From contig OZ281498.1 of assembly GCA_965637545.1 (NCBI GenBank), forward strand, positions 21,080,001 through 21,144,000: DNA of 64,000 nt, read 5' to 3'. A program made the position numbers and the translations under genes. Shown here one piece after another: positions 23,176-35,800 of this stretch (position 1 is the first letter of the stretch; every line of letters begins with the position of its first letter). The DNA is from Phallusia mammillata (lineage: Eukaryota). The notes under the pieces are model-generated. The model saw only the letters and a program-made list of their open reading frames with translations, was not told the DNA's origin and made no database searches.

Positions 23176-24618
23176 ATGGCAATATTTGGTTTTCAAATAT
23201 GCTTTACATTGATCATGGCAAGCTTTTTGCAAAAGATTACCCCTATTTATTCGCTTGGGAGATGGCTGCTTGGCAATGGATCTCTAATTTGGTACAGATT
23301 TCCTTCTGACCAGGAGTTAAGAAAGGCTGCTGGAAAGCCATTAACGAAAAAAGAAAATGGAAAATTGAAACATCGAAGACAGAACAAAAGCCTTACCCCT
23401 GAGGATGAAACTTTCAAAATTCCAAAAAACATTGACATCACTTTGGATGTTGCTCCAGTATTTTCTTTTGATTTGGCAACCCTTAAAAATTATAGTGACT
23501 TTGAGTGGCTTGTCAATTACACCCTTTTCGGATGCTTGGTGTACATTTTAACTGAATTGTATTACGAAGTGTGGGTCCCTGAAAAAGAGTTTAATATCTC
23601 AATGGTATGGGTGGCTCTATCTCTATGGTTTGCCTTTAGGAATCTGTTTTCTATATTTTGGATGTATGTGAAGTCAAGAGCAGGAGGAGAAATTTCTATG
23701 TCTATTGTGTTTGGAATGATATCATTTATCCTTGCCTTGGCTTCCCTAATGGTGAAAGAAGAAACTTTGGAATTTGGACTTCATGACTCTTTACAGCAAA
23801 ATGTGTCTGTGCCAGTGAATTCAAAACCAGTATCAAGTGTTAAACTTTTGCTTGCCTCATGGAGTTGCATTGTTGGGTTGCTGTTTATGTTTCCAGCCGT
23901 TCGAATGGCACAGATGTATGTGGATGCACTGAAGTATGCTTCTGGGAGGAAGCTGAAAACATTGGCCTTACACATAAACTTTTTTGCACCAGGATTAATT
24001 GCCTTATTGTGGGTTAAACCAGTAGCGAGGGACGTTATTATGAAACCAACATTTGGCAAAACTCAAGATGTTGAACCCTTGTTAACAGATGGGCAGTTTG
24101 ATATAATAAGGATTATAATTGTTTTGCTAACATGTATTTTAAGGCTCTTTTTGATAAGAACACACTTGCAGGCTTACCTCAACTTGGCATATGTCAAAGT
24201 GCTTAAGTTGAAAAAGGAGTCCGGACTTATAACGAACACAGAATTTCAAAGGACAATATATCAGATTTTTTATTATGTGGGCATTGTGGCAACCCAGTAC
24301 ATCAGTCCGTTGGTATTTCTTCTTTGCAGTGCAATGTTTGTCAAGACACTAGGTGGATATTCCTGGTTGTCTTTGGATTCGTCGCATGTAGATGCCATTT
24401 CACGTAACTTCAACACCTCTACCTCTGATGTTATCAATGAGAACGACTCACATGAGGACATGGTTCAGAAAATGAAAGAAAACATTCATGCACTGCGGTT
24501 GATTTTTACTCCCATCTTTTTAAGAGGAGTTTTATCTTATATGTTGTGGTGGATTGCTAGCAACTGGTTTTTAGCAAGTTGTGTAGGTTTGTTGTATCAC
24601 TCATATTTAACAGAGTAA
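23176..24618 (+). CDS. TMEM161: Transmembrane protein 161 family, intronless, 480 aa
   Basis: N-terminus MAIFGFQICFTLIMASFLQKITPIYSLGRWLLGNGSL..Y.FPS..ELR and LLLFVKP-like, QYISP and WW..A..F motifs match recalled TMEM161A/B; acceptor TTTTCCTCAG at 23157; AATAAA at 25021. Confidence 0.93.
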   Translation: MAIFGFQICFTLIMASFLQKITPIYSLGRWLLGNGSLIWYRFPSDQELRKAAGKPLTKKENGKLKHRRQNKSLTPEDETFKIPKNIDITLDVAPVFSFDLATLKNYSDFEWLVNYTLFGCLVYILTELYYEVWVPEKEFNISMVWVALSLWFAFRNLFSIFWMYVKSRAGGEISMSIVFGMISFILALASLMVKEETLEFGLHDSLQQNVSVPVNSKPVSSVKLLLASWSCIVGLLFMFPAVRMAQMYVDALKYASGRKLKTLALHINFFAPGLIALLWVKPVARDVIMKPTFGKTQDVEPLLTDGQFDIIRIIIVLLTCILRLFLIRTHLQAYLNLAYVKVLKLKKESGLITNTEFQRTIYQIFYYVGIVATQYISPLVFLLCSAMFVKTLGGYSWLSLDSSHVDAISRNFNTSTSDVINENDSHEDMVQKMKENIHALRLIFTPIFLRGVLSYMLWWIASNWFLASCVGLLYHSYLTE

Positions 24619-25212
24619 TCCACAATAAATGTCATGCAAAGGCATTTGCTTCAATGGACCTTTTTTACTTTATGCATACAACTGATTTTAACTGCTACTG
24701 TAGTGTGTAAAAACATTATTGTTTTGGAAACAATCATACATAGACTTTAAAGTATACTATTTACAAAAAAACAATTTCTATCTAAACCTAAATGCACAAA
24801 CAGAGTAATGCAGTACCTATCTAAGTGTGAATAATTGAATGTTATTTGTGTGCATTGTAATAGATTGAAATCGTTTTGTTGTGTTTTAATTTTTAGTTTG
24901 TTGAACCATTTGCTGCTTTAAAAATGTACACTATTTGATAAGACTATTTAATTTTGTGACATGAATCCAAGGTCCTTCACTGCTTTCAAATTATTGGTGT
25001 TATTTTTTACTGCTGTTTGAAATAAAATTTACTGTTTTGCTGTGATGATTTTGCTCTTTGACCACTTAATACAAGTTTGTAAAACCTTCAAGCTGTTCAT
25101 TTCTTATTAAAACACCATTGCACGACACTAGCGCATGACACAAAAATATGTACACAATAAAAACCACAACAGATGTAAAATATGCAAATGATAACTTAAA
25201 TGTGTAATAAAA

Positions 25213-26050
25213 TCAATCTGTTTTTTTATCGGATGCGCTGTCACCAGATGCTGTTACAGTGGACTGTGCATTTGCAGTGGTTGATCCGTTGCTGAAAGGA
25301 CACTAGAAAGTAAAATATTTTTGCCATGATAGTGAGTGTGGTAGGCCCAAACATCTAAACACAACAAATGGCGGTACTAAATACTGTATGTTATCACATG
25401 GCAAGCGGTATTATTAGGTGAAAAATATAATTTTGCAAGCTTTTGAAAATGCTACCAGTTAGAGCTATTTTGATTGGGGCGAGGATTTGTAACTGAAACT
25501 ACGTTACAATCGGGACTTATTTACCGTATTGGCCTGTGCCGTATTTAGTACCACCCAACAAAACTACCTTACAAATAGACACATGTGTAAAATGTCTAAT
25601 TGTTACATTAGGAAACTTTAAGCTACCAAGTTAATACCAGAAGGTAAAAAGCAAATACTGGACATAAACCCATGATTTTTGCTGCTATTTTTCATGGTAT
25701 TTTTCTTTCTGTAAATCCATCTTCCAAATGAGTTGTATTTTATTAAAAACAGCCAATCCCTCAGTTTCAGAATATGACTTTTAACCATGTAAAAATATCA
25801 GTCTTATTGAAATGTTTGAAGATAAAGTCTGAATAACAAGACATCTTAACCATAATAATTTACCCACAAATAAAATTAAACAATTTCTTACAGTAGAAAT
25901 AAACCATACCTTTTTTGCTTCTCCATTTGGTGTGTCAGTCACAGCTTTAGGATTCCAAAACTTTGAAATCACAGGATATAGCCATGGTTGAATATATTTA
26001 TGGTAGACCCATAGTACAAAGGGGATTACAATGCAGGGAATACAGACCAT
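25213..26050 (-). CDS. C18orf32: UPF0729 protein C18orf32 orthologue, 76 aa; exons 26050-25910 and 25302-25213
   Basis: MVCIPCIVIPFVLWVYHKYIQPWLYP...CPFSNGS...DKKTD; GT-AG phase-0 intron; matches the recalled human N- and C-termini. Confidence 0.92.
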
Positions 26051-26099
26051 ATTTACTTGCTGTTTGACAGTTATGTAAAACACAATATAGATTCCTCAA

Positions 26100-26840
26100 T
26101 TGTCTTATTATGGTCCTAAACCTCAAAAATATAATAAACAAATGTTAGAATTGCATTTGTGATATCAACAGTCAACACAACGAACATCTAATTCTGTAGG
26201 CAACGTAAACTCGGGGCTAAAATGCGACAACCTTCATTTATATTTCAAAACACTTTCTGATGTAAGAATTGTGTTGTTGTAAAACATGAGACAGCTCAGC
26301 ATTACACAGCAAATCCGGTTGCGTCATTCTTACGTCACAAGCACCACTCACGTGACAAGTATGCTCAACGCCTTTGTCAAGTAATACGCAATAGAGCACG
26401 ACGATAATGCAATCATGCATACATTCTTTTTAATTACATCATTAATTTTTCAGAAGCAAAATAACAACTTGAACAAAAATCTGTTTTTAGGCCACTAGGT
26501 TCTGTTCAAACTTTTTGATAATGCATTATTTCCTGCTAATGCAAATTTTAATGAAGTAAAATTGCCTTTAATTTTTTGAAATTAAAATTGACCCAAGTAT
26601 CAAATAAACATCCTGTTTTATTTGCCCAAAAGTATTTGTAAATTTATGATGATTCGCCGTTAATGACGAAATGACTTGGTCCGTTCAGTCATTGGATTTA
26701 GCACGTGGACAACTGTTTACAAAAAGATATTCATCAGTTTTCCACGTTCTACAATTGTTTCTTGTTGATTTTTTACTTAAAGAATATTGGTTAACGATTA
26801 ACTAACCATTCAGTTTGAAAAGCTGTTGCTGATGATCAGT
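26100..26840. promoter_or_regulatory. Probable bidirectional promoter between C18orf32 and BPNT2
   Basis: Head-to-head genes; locally CpG-richer, with TTACGTCA and CACGTG motifs. TSS not identifiable. Confidence 0.4.
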
Positions 26841-26864
26841 GAGATGCAGAGCCTAGCGAACAAG

Positions 26865-29800
26865 ATGGCCCCTCCTGGTAAGTTATACCTTTCTTTTTCA
26901 TGCTTCTGTGCTTGTCATTAATTCATTGTACTTCGGTTCTAAGATGATCCCTGGACATGTGAGAAGATTTGTGTATATTCAGGAACTTCTATGTGTGTGT
27001 AAATTTGCTATTTATGGTAGTGCTATTGTAGACTGAATATATCTATCTTCCTAGACTTAGGTGATCTCGCAGCAAAAAAATAGAATCTGCACACAATTAG
27101 AATTTGTAAATTTTGTTGTGTCTTTTTTGTTTGCATCTGTACAGGTTTATGTGTAACTAAAATGCAACATTGTTCTGTGGTAACTAGCTTGTTCACTTAC
27201 GACTAAAGATTTTGTTCCAATTTTGAAAAAATACCCAACTCACAGGTTTTTACTGAAGTTGAAACACATTTTGATTGATTTTAATTTCCCAAAAATGCTT
27301 TTTGCCTGAAATTTATTTCATTTTTTCATGTATTACTGATATTTTTTGTTTTAGGAGTTCACCCTTCGAAAACTGGAATGATTATTATTCTACTATGCCT
27401 TGCCGCATCTGTGATATATTTTTCAACCAGCCTTAGGAAGAGTAATGTTGTCGACATGAAGATGCTGCTTATAGCTAGCATTGACTTCGCAGAGAGGGGT
27501 GGAGATCAGGTAATCTTGATTTAAATTAACAAATTGTTTTCTTTTTTAAGTGGACGTTAGACTTTTGTAGCTGGACGTTAGACTTTTTGTAAGCATATCA
27601 CATACAAACCTTTTTGTACTTGTGACAATAATTTTTAGTTAATATTGGTAAAACTTCTATAAACAAAGGTTAAACAAAATACTGTATTTACTCAATTATA
27701 TGCTGCCGTCGATTGTGTGCCGAATGCTGTGATGTTAGATACTATTGTTTTAGGGCACTTCCTTCTGTTGCTACATTGCACTACTATTTGTCAACAATGA
27801 GGCACACAGATAATTGTTCTCAATAAACTGCATGTTGGTGGTAATGCCTACATGCAAAAGATTTTAAACGCAAAATAAATCAAAGAGCGGGGTTGTAAAC
27901 ATAATGTCAGTACGATAATGTAAGCTGCCCTCGAATACAAGTTGCCGTTGATGGTAGGTCACACAAACTGCAGTTTACCAAATTTTCTAAGCCACGGCTT
28001 CGAATAAATACAGTACTGACATAAAACTAGTTTTATAAACTTGACCGACTGTTCATTTACATAAAGGTTAGACTTGTCCAAGAATCTGGTAAGCTTTCCA
28101 AAACCAGCAAAGGCAAGACACTGGAGGGCGCCGACAACCCATTGACTCAAGGTGACATGCGCTCACATCGTGCTATTACCCAAGCATTTGCGTATTCATT
28201 TCCATCTTTAAAGGTAATTTACTCTCCTTAAATTATAGAACCATTTCTTTCTTTGTTCATTGTAGGAGCTTCTCTAAAATATGCAATCTACTAAAGAACC
28301 TTATTAAAATACTGACGGTTAGGGATATAAAGGTTGTATTAAAGGTGTACTGCAATTACCTTGTAATTCAATTCTGAAGTATTTAAAGCCTGAGCATTGC
28401 ATTGATTTCCATTTTATTTCATGAAGTTCTCTGTACAGTATTGTTTTGTTTGAATAGTAGATTATAGAAGGCCCCAATTTAGTCATATTAAATGTTTTTG
28501 AGATCATTTGAAAAACTGCCTGCAGATTGTTTATGATCTTAATGCAAACAAATTATATATATATACAATTAAATAAAAAAAAGGTTTAAAACTTTCTACT
28601 TTTTATTCCAGGTCATTTCTGAAGAAAAAGATTCTGCCCATATTTCCACTGAAGATATACCACTAGCTCCAATGTCCAACAAAGAAGTGGATTACTTCAC
28701 CAGCAAACCTTTTCAAGAAGTTGATGTTAATGATATAACAGTATGGGTGGACCCTTTAGATGCTACACAAGAATTTACAGGTTTGTATGCAGTTGTCTTA
28801 AATCGGGGAAATCCTTACAGTTTAAATTGGGACCCAGTTTTTATGAGGCAAAGCCGCCCACAGGCCAATGTTTTTAGCAACGTTTTCAAAAGTAGAATTG
28901 GTACACAAATATACAGCTGCAAAAATGTCTTCTTTTCCAAAGCTGGTTACAAATACAGTAGAAAAATCAACACTAGTACAAAAGAGATATATAATGCACT
29001 TTATTTCACGAAATTTACAATGAACGTTTAACTGAAGTAACAATTTAAAACAACAACCGTGGGCCAAATGAAATGCTGCTGCACTTTGGACACCCCTGTT
29101 TTAATGAATTAAAATGTTTTGTGAAGTATTGATTCAATAAGCTAGGCAAATGAAAGCTATAATTTTAAGGGAATGGTAACCTCTAATTTGCTCTTTTATG
29201 GATTTTTCTGTAATAATGAAGTTTTGTTTTCATTTTTATATTTGGTTGTTACAACTAAACATTTCTCTGTTTTTGTTTATAGAGGGTTTAGATGAATACG
29301 TTACCACAATGGTGTGTGTGGCAGTAAATGGAAAACCAGTTATTGGAGTAATTCACAAACCATTTGAAAAGAAGACATGTAAGTTAAAATATGATAAATT
29401 GTTACTCAAACAATTTGTGGTTGTATATATGCATTAGAAAATTGAGATAAATATGTTTTGTAATATCTTTAATGTCAGTTATAGTCTTAAACAGAGTGGC
29501 CTCAAAGAGGGGTCATGACCAAAAAGAAGGAGTTGCCAATGTGTTAGGATTTAGGAATACACTAGTTTTACACTAAGTCATAAGCGATGTAGTTTACATT
29601 TTCAGGCCACATGAACATGTTGACAAGTAGGACTAATGAAAACATAAACATTTCTTAGAAAAGATTTCTGACAGTTTTGATTGAATAAAATACATGGCAA
29701 ACTAAGTTGTCAAAAACTTTGCAGATTGGTCATGGGTTGGGCATGGCTCCAACATTCAGGACGACTCAAAATTTGATACTGGCACAAAAATTATAGTGTC

Positions 29801-30525
29801 TCGATCGCATGCTGGAGAAGTGAAAGAAACTGCCAAAAAATCTTTTGGAGAGAATGTTGAGGTTATACCTGCAGGTGGCGCTGGTGAGTAAACTTACTTC
29901 ACATTCTTTGACATAGAACAAATGAGGTTTGGTAGGGACTATGGACTGGCCAAATCTGCATTTTGTAATGTGCTTTTTTTTAGGCCAATGTAAGTTTATC
30001 AAATATTCAAAATAGTCAACCTTTTTTATGCAATTAAAACTAATAAGCTGTTAACCATTTTTTGTGTAACCCCACAAAAGATTGGGATTTATGATCCAAG
30101 TGCAATTATATAACTGGAATAAAAAGATGGTTTTGGCACTACCTATCCACATCACCATATATTAAGCAGGCAAAAAAATCTTTGGAATTTTTTTGGTTGC
30201 ATTTCCAAAAAATGTTGGAAATCTCTGATTTAGTAAAAAACAAGATTTAGTATGTTGAGTTTTGCATTCATTTTCAACTTTTTATACCACAGGCTACAAG
30301 AGTCTTGCTCTGTTTAATGGTGTCGCCAATGCCTATATCCATACAACATTGATCAAGAAATGGGACATTTGTGCAGGAAATGCTATTCTGAATCATGCTA
30401 AGGGTAAAATGACAACACTCAAGGGAGAGGAGATAGATTATTCTTCCGAAACCGATCCAAAAAATCATGGTGGCCTTCTTGCTGCATTACATCAACATAA
30501 ATCTTTTCTTGACAAGCTAGCTTAA
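26865..30525 (+). CDS. BPNT2: Golgi PAP phosphatase (inositol monophosphatase family), about 323 aa; exons 26865-26877, 27355-27509, 28067-28213, 28612-28780, 29283-29378, 29725-29883, 30293-30525
   Basis: N-terminal TM anchor, [84 protein letters not shown]; all GT-AG with consistent phases (972 nt). Also called IMPAD1. Confidence 0.93.
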
Positions 30526-32557
30526 ATTAAAGTTTTATTTTTTGTTACTCGGACAATTCAAAGATGTGCTTTGTCAACTTTAAATGCACTATATAGAATT
30601 ATGTAAGCTAATACATTATTCGTTATTGTGGAGGCCAGAAAAGAAACACTTCAACTGCTTTAGGTTTATGGAACAAAAAAGAAAGAACTTAAAATGCAGA
30701 TGCAAAAAATCGATGTTTACGCTACACCAACCATTGTGAACCTAACAAAACATTTGAGGTTGATTTTTTTAATGGGTTTACTTCACAAAATTGGTTAGAA
30801 ATTAATTAAAGGTGCATTATGTATTGCTGATGTTGACATGAAACGCAATAGGACGTGTTTATGTATGCTGTCTGCCTCTATTCAAACCAGCAGTTTCCAA
30901 CTTCTATTGTTTTTGCTCTGTTTTACTTTGTAATGGTTTACATACAAAACAGCTTCTTACCCAAGGAAATGAGAAGGCTAAATTAAATATGTTTATAGTA
31001 AACCTTTTTCAGGCCACTTGTAAAGTGCAGTGGTTCCCAACCTTTTTCGATAGATTCCTCCCTTAACAACTGAAAACGTTTTCATTCCTCCCTAATTATA
31101 CTACATATTAGATGCTAAACCATACAAAGATCATTTAAAATTGGGTTAGGTTATATTTCCCAAAGATAAAATGATTATTTATCAACCACATGTAAAACCT
31201 AAAAAGTAAATTTCTCCCCAAAAGCACAAATTACTTTCTGGTTGGAAAGAATGCTATAGTTACCATTTCTTTCTATGCACTTAGTGTAAATAAGGCACCA
31301 TCCCCAATTCCTTTTTATTTAGTGTATTTATTTTCTGTGTTTTTAGCATGAGAATACCAGTAAAAATACAGTTTGCTTAGGTATAAAACAATTTTGGCAT
31401 TACATAACATATGGTGCATCATACACACTGTGAATTCATTTTGTCAGAAATTTTATCATTACAATTAACACTAAAATGTTTTTGTCAGATTTCTAGCATA
31501 CATATTTTCTTACCAGTGCTTTCTTTATATTATCCATTCAGTTTTCGATTTACCAAATGTCTTCTTAAAAAAATATGTGACTTGAAAAGTTCCTATTCTC
31601 CAAAATGGGGTTATTGCTTATTTCAAAACCCCTACATTTGCTGGTACTTTTTTTAGGATGAAAATATTATATCATATTACTTATTGTGTAATGTACTTGT
31701 TACTTTCGCAGTATTTTTTGTGCTTCAAGTAGCCAATAAACAGAATTCCTGAAGGTCCATTGTGTTGTGGCAGAAGTGTAACTTAATATACATGGCCGTG
31801 TATCATATTGTATAAATAAAGTATAAAGACATTAATGTAGCTTACAAAATTTGGTTTGGACAAGGGTTTAAACAAATTTAAGATTTGAGAAATTCCAGAC
31901 AGGGAGAACAGCACTTTTATCCCCAAAACATGTCGTCTAGGCAGTTTTTTCAATAATTCGCTTGAGATTAAAATGTTGTATCGATTTTTGTACGAACAAA
32001 TTTCTTCTTAATGACAAAATTCATAATTTTTTCCATCCTTTCTATTTGGTTAACAATGTTACACACAACCGCTACAAATAATAATTACAGGCCACCATGC
32101 GGAAATCGTTTATTATTGTGTGTTTGGGAATTCGCCATTTTTACCGTAATCGTTACCAACCAATAAATCGCTTGTTAAAAAACTTTTTTGTTGCCAGTTT
32201 TCGACATAATACTGAAAAACAAAACAGCCAAACGTTTATTCGCGTACAATACTTGGCATTTTCGGGTTATATTTGGATTTAGGGGTCTTTTAGAATTGTG
32301 TTAGTTAAAATTTTTATTTTTACTAAATTAACTTCGTATATTTATGCCATACCTTCGACGAGTTTACAGAGAACACTTTGGCAAGGCAGAATTTGTGATA
32401 TATGTCAATAAACACGAATGTTTTGTTCACAAATAATGACAAGTAAAATAAAAATGTCAAAATTTTGGTTTATTTTGAGACTTGATATTTTGCTTGTTTT
32501 AATTTGATACTTAACCTTTTTATGTGTATGCATACACATGTATGTATGACTTTGATG

Positions 32558-32731
32558 CAGTGGTGAGATTGAGCCGGCTTGCACCGGTTCTATAGAACAG
32601 TCTCACGAAATTTTATCAGCAAACCGGTTAGCATTACTGGTTACTGTCAATGGACTTTTGGAACAAAACCAGCTGAAAAATATGACTTTTGTGATAGAAC
32701 CGACTGACAAAAAATTTGAATCCCACCACTG
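32558..32731. mobile_element. hAT-type MITE (174 bp)
   Basis: CAGTGGTGAGATT / AATCCCACCACTG; perfect TSD CTTTGATG. Confidence 0.9.
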
Positions 32732-32826
32732 CTTTGATGTATTGTAGACATAAACAAATGTGTACTTAATCTTGTTTCCTCTGAAACAGACAAAACATAA
32801 TATATTCTGCTGATTTGTTAAGAAAT

Positions 32827-35800
32827 ATGAAACTGAATGAGGAGGAAGACTTGGAAAAATTTATCGTAGAACAACGACAGCGAATTGCCAAAGACCGAGA
32901 GGTCCTTGATAAAAACCCAACATCAGCTGTTGCTGAATATATCCTTGACAGTTCAACTGGACGAAGACAAAAAGTAACCCTAATGTGTTGTAGCTTTTTT
33001 ATTTTATGTGTCTAGGCCCTTAAAACTATTTTTTAATCATAAAAAGACAAATCTTTTTCAAAAACTCCTGAATTGCAAATTTTGCAATAGTGATTTCTTA
33101 CCTTTACACTTTTGTGTAAAGTTGATGTAAAAATGTACTCTTTAGTAAGATTAGCCAAGCGTTCATGCACACTTGTAAATAAATCGTATGTAGGTCATAG
33201 ATAAGCTCCTATCTTGGTTTCAAAATGCATTGCAAACTAGGATTTTTATAGTGCATGACTTGCTACATGACAAATGTTCAGGACACTGGCAAGATGCACT
33301 TATGGCCTGACAAATATAATTTATATTCAATAACATTTATGGGGTCCCTATCCTAACAGAAAAACAAATTGTTAATGTTTTTGTCCACTACAAGGCTGTT
33401 CCCTTCGTTTTGCCAAGTGCATTCAACTTTTTAAAAGTTACACGCATGGTAGACAGTTATCCAAAGTTCGGCGAAGCAATTTTGGCCCTGCTTCACCCAG
33501 CAGTTAAGCCACAGACCCCCCAAATCATGCAATGTGCACAAAAAGTCATACATACCATTCCAATATGTGACCAGTAATATTGATTTATTGTGAAAATTAT
33601 ACCATTTGTTTAGTTGTTAAAATTTAATATTTTTAGAGCCTGGCTGAGAAGGAACAAATACCTCCTGGGTTGCAGGACCCAGTTGTCGCCCCGGGAAAGG
33701 GAAAACCCCCAACCCCACAGTTTCTAAAGCTTGGAGAATCTTATCAAAAGCAGAAGCAGAGGTTAAACGATGAATTGAAGCAAGATTATCGCAAGGCATT
33801 GGCAGAGGTATATATGACATGTTTTTTTTTAACAAAAACAGAACCGAAAGGGAGTACATAAGTACTGATTTGATCAAGATTGGTTGAAAAACTTGAACTT
33901 TTATTGTTTAGTAAAAAGTAAATAGGACTACAACATGTACAGCCGCATTTAGTAAATTGTAACATTTTCTTGTTTCTGCCAACTTGAAATAATTCTTTGT
34001 TTTATGTCTTGTTTATTATATATTTGTTTGCATGAAATACCACCATCAGTTACTTTTTCAACTTATTATCACTTTTGTGTCTAAAAGTTTTGTAAAAATT
34101 TTCTTTGTTACCCTGCAGTGATAATGTAAATATGGATTGTGTATACCGTAATTTTCCATGTATAATGCGCAAAATTTACTTAATTTATTGTCCTAAAATC
34201 TAGGGTGCGCATTATGCATGGGTACAACAAATTTTGAAGAAAATCTGCCTCGAAATAAAACTTTAAATCACACCTTTCTTCTTGTTTGTTGTCAATCGCG
34301 CATCACATTTAGCCATCCTGCCCAACACACTTAGTCAGTAAAATTCATAATTGACGACACATCGTTTGATGCGATGGTGCAATCCTTGATGGTGTGTTAT
34401 TGTCAAATACTGCACACTGCCCATTTAGCGACAACGTAAATGGGGTGATATCATTGCCGATATGCAACGGATCGAACGAAAATTTTGTATATAAGTTTGA
34501 ATTTAATTATTCTGATTTTTAGGTATTTTAATCTGATACATATTAAACTTCATTTGTGTTTTAAAAATAAAAATGTTCTCTGCAAGTATTAAGATCGGTT
34601 CCGCTTGAACGCGACCAGTAAGATCTCGTTTGCTGTCACGATGTACCCTACACAATTCCTAAACATTTTTCGCTGTCGAGTTTGCGAGCACATGCGCAGT
34701 GATACTGACCGGCAGAATAACATCCGGTTGTTTCAAAAGATGATCTTTTTTCTGAAATAATTTTTTGTTTACGGATTTAAGAGTAAAAATTTGGGTGCGT
34801 ATTATACATGGGTACAGGCTTTTTTCCAGCATCGACATGCCATTTTTAGGGTGCGTATTATACACGGGGGCGCACTATACTTGGAAAATTACGGTATATA
34901 TAAATTTCTTTGCTTTGACAGTTGTTAGTGGAATTTTTCAATTTGTTGAACTTTTTGTTGTAGAAACAAGTCCGTACAACTGGTATTCGGGGCAAACTCA
35001 CAACAACATACGAACAAAGTCTCGCTGCAAACTACGAGCAAACTCCTCGCATTGCTAATAACTCTGATCTCGGTCTAAGTTTGCCCATTCGTGATCATCT
35101 TAGTGCAAAGGTAACAAAATTACAGCCAGGGTAAAAAAATGCTTGTTGAAATTATGTTGGGTGCACTACTGCAGTTCATTGTTTTAAAATATACTGATCA
35201 GGAAAACTCCAAGAAATAAGATCGATTGTTATATGATTTGGGAGTACTGTATATGTTTTTCTCAAAGTGACCTTGTCAGTTCTTTAACCAAATAGAAATG
35301 TAATATATATTCCAAAGTTTGCATCCGTAATCTATAAAACATGTTCACTTATCTGTAATTTACCACCGATAAAACAGCGACCACTGACAATTATATTATG
35401 CCTATTCAACAAATATTGCTCATTTTAATTAGTGTTTTAAAATATTTGTTTTTCATGACTGACATGTGTGAGTGCTAGGATTTCTATTATGCTTTTCAAA
35501 TTTAATTTTTCATGGTATCTTTCAGCAAAGGAATACTGATTATATGACACCAATTGTCAACATACTATAGGTGTTGTGTAACAAGCGGTTGACATTGTGT
35601 TAGTTGGTACTGGGTATAACACAGCCAGTCTCTATGATTTAGTTGTGACTATCAAATCATACTTATTATCTGACATTTTTTCATGTTAACTGTAATGCTG
35701 AAAGCTTAGTTTTTGTTTTTATTCACAGGGTTTATAAAGACTAATGTTAAATCAGGAATTTTTAACCTTTGTTGTGAAAAAAAGACTTTTAACTTTGTAG

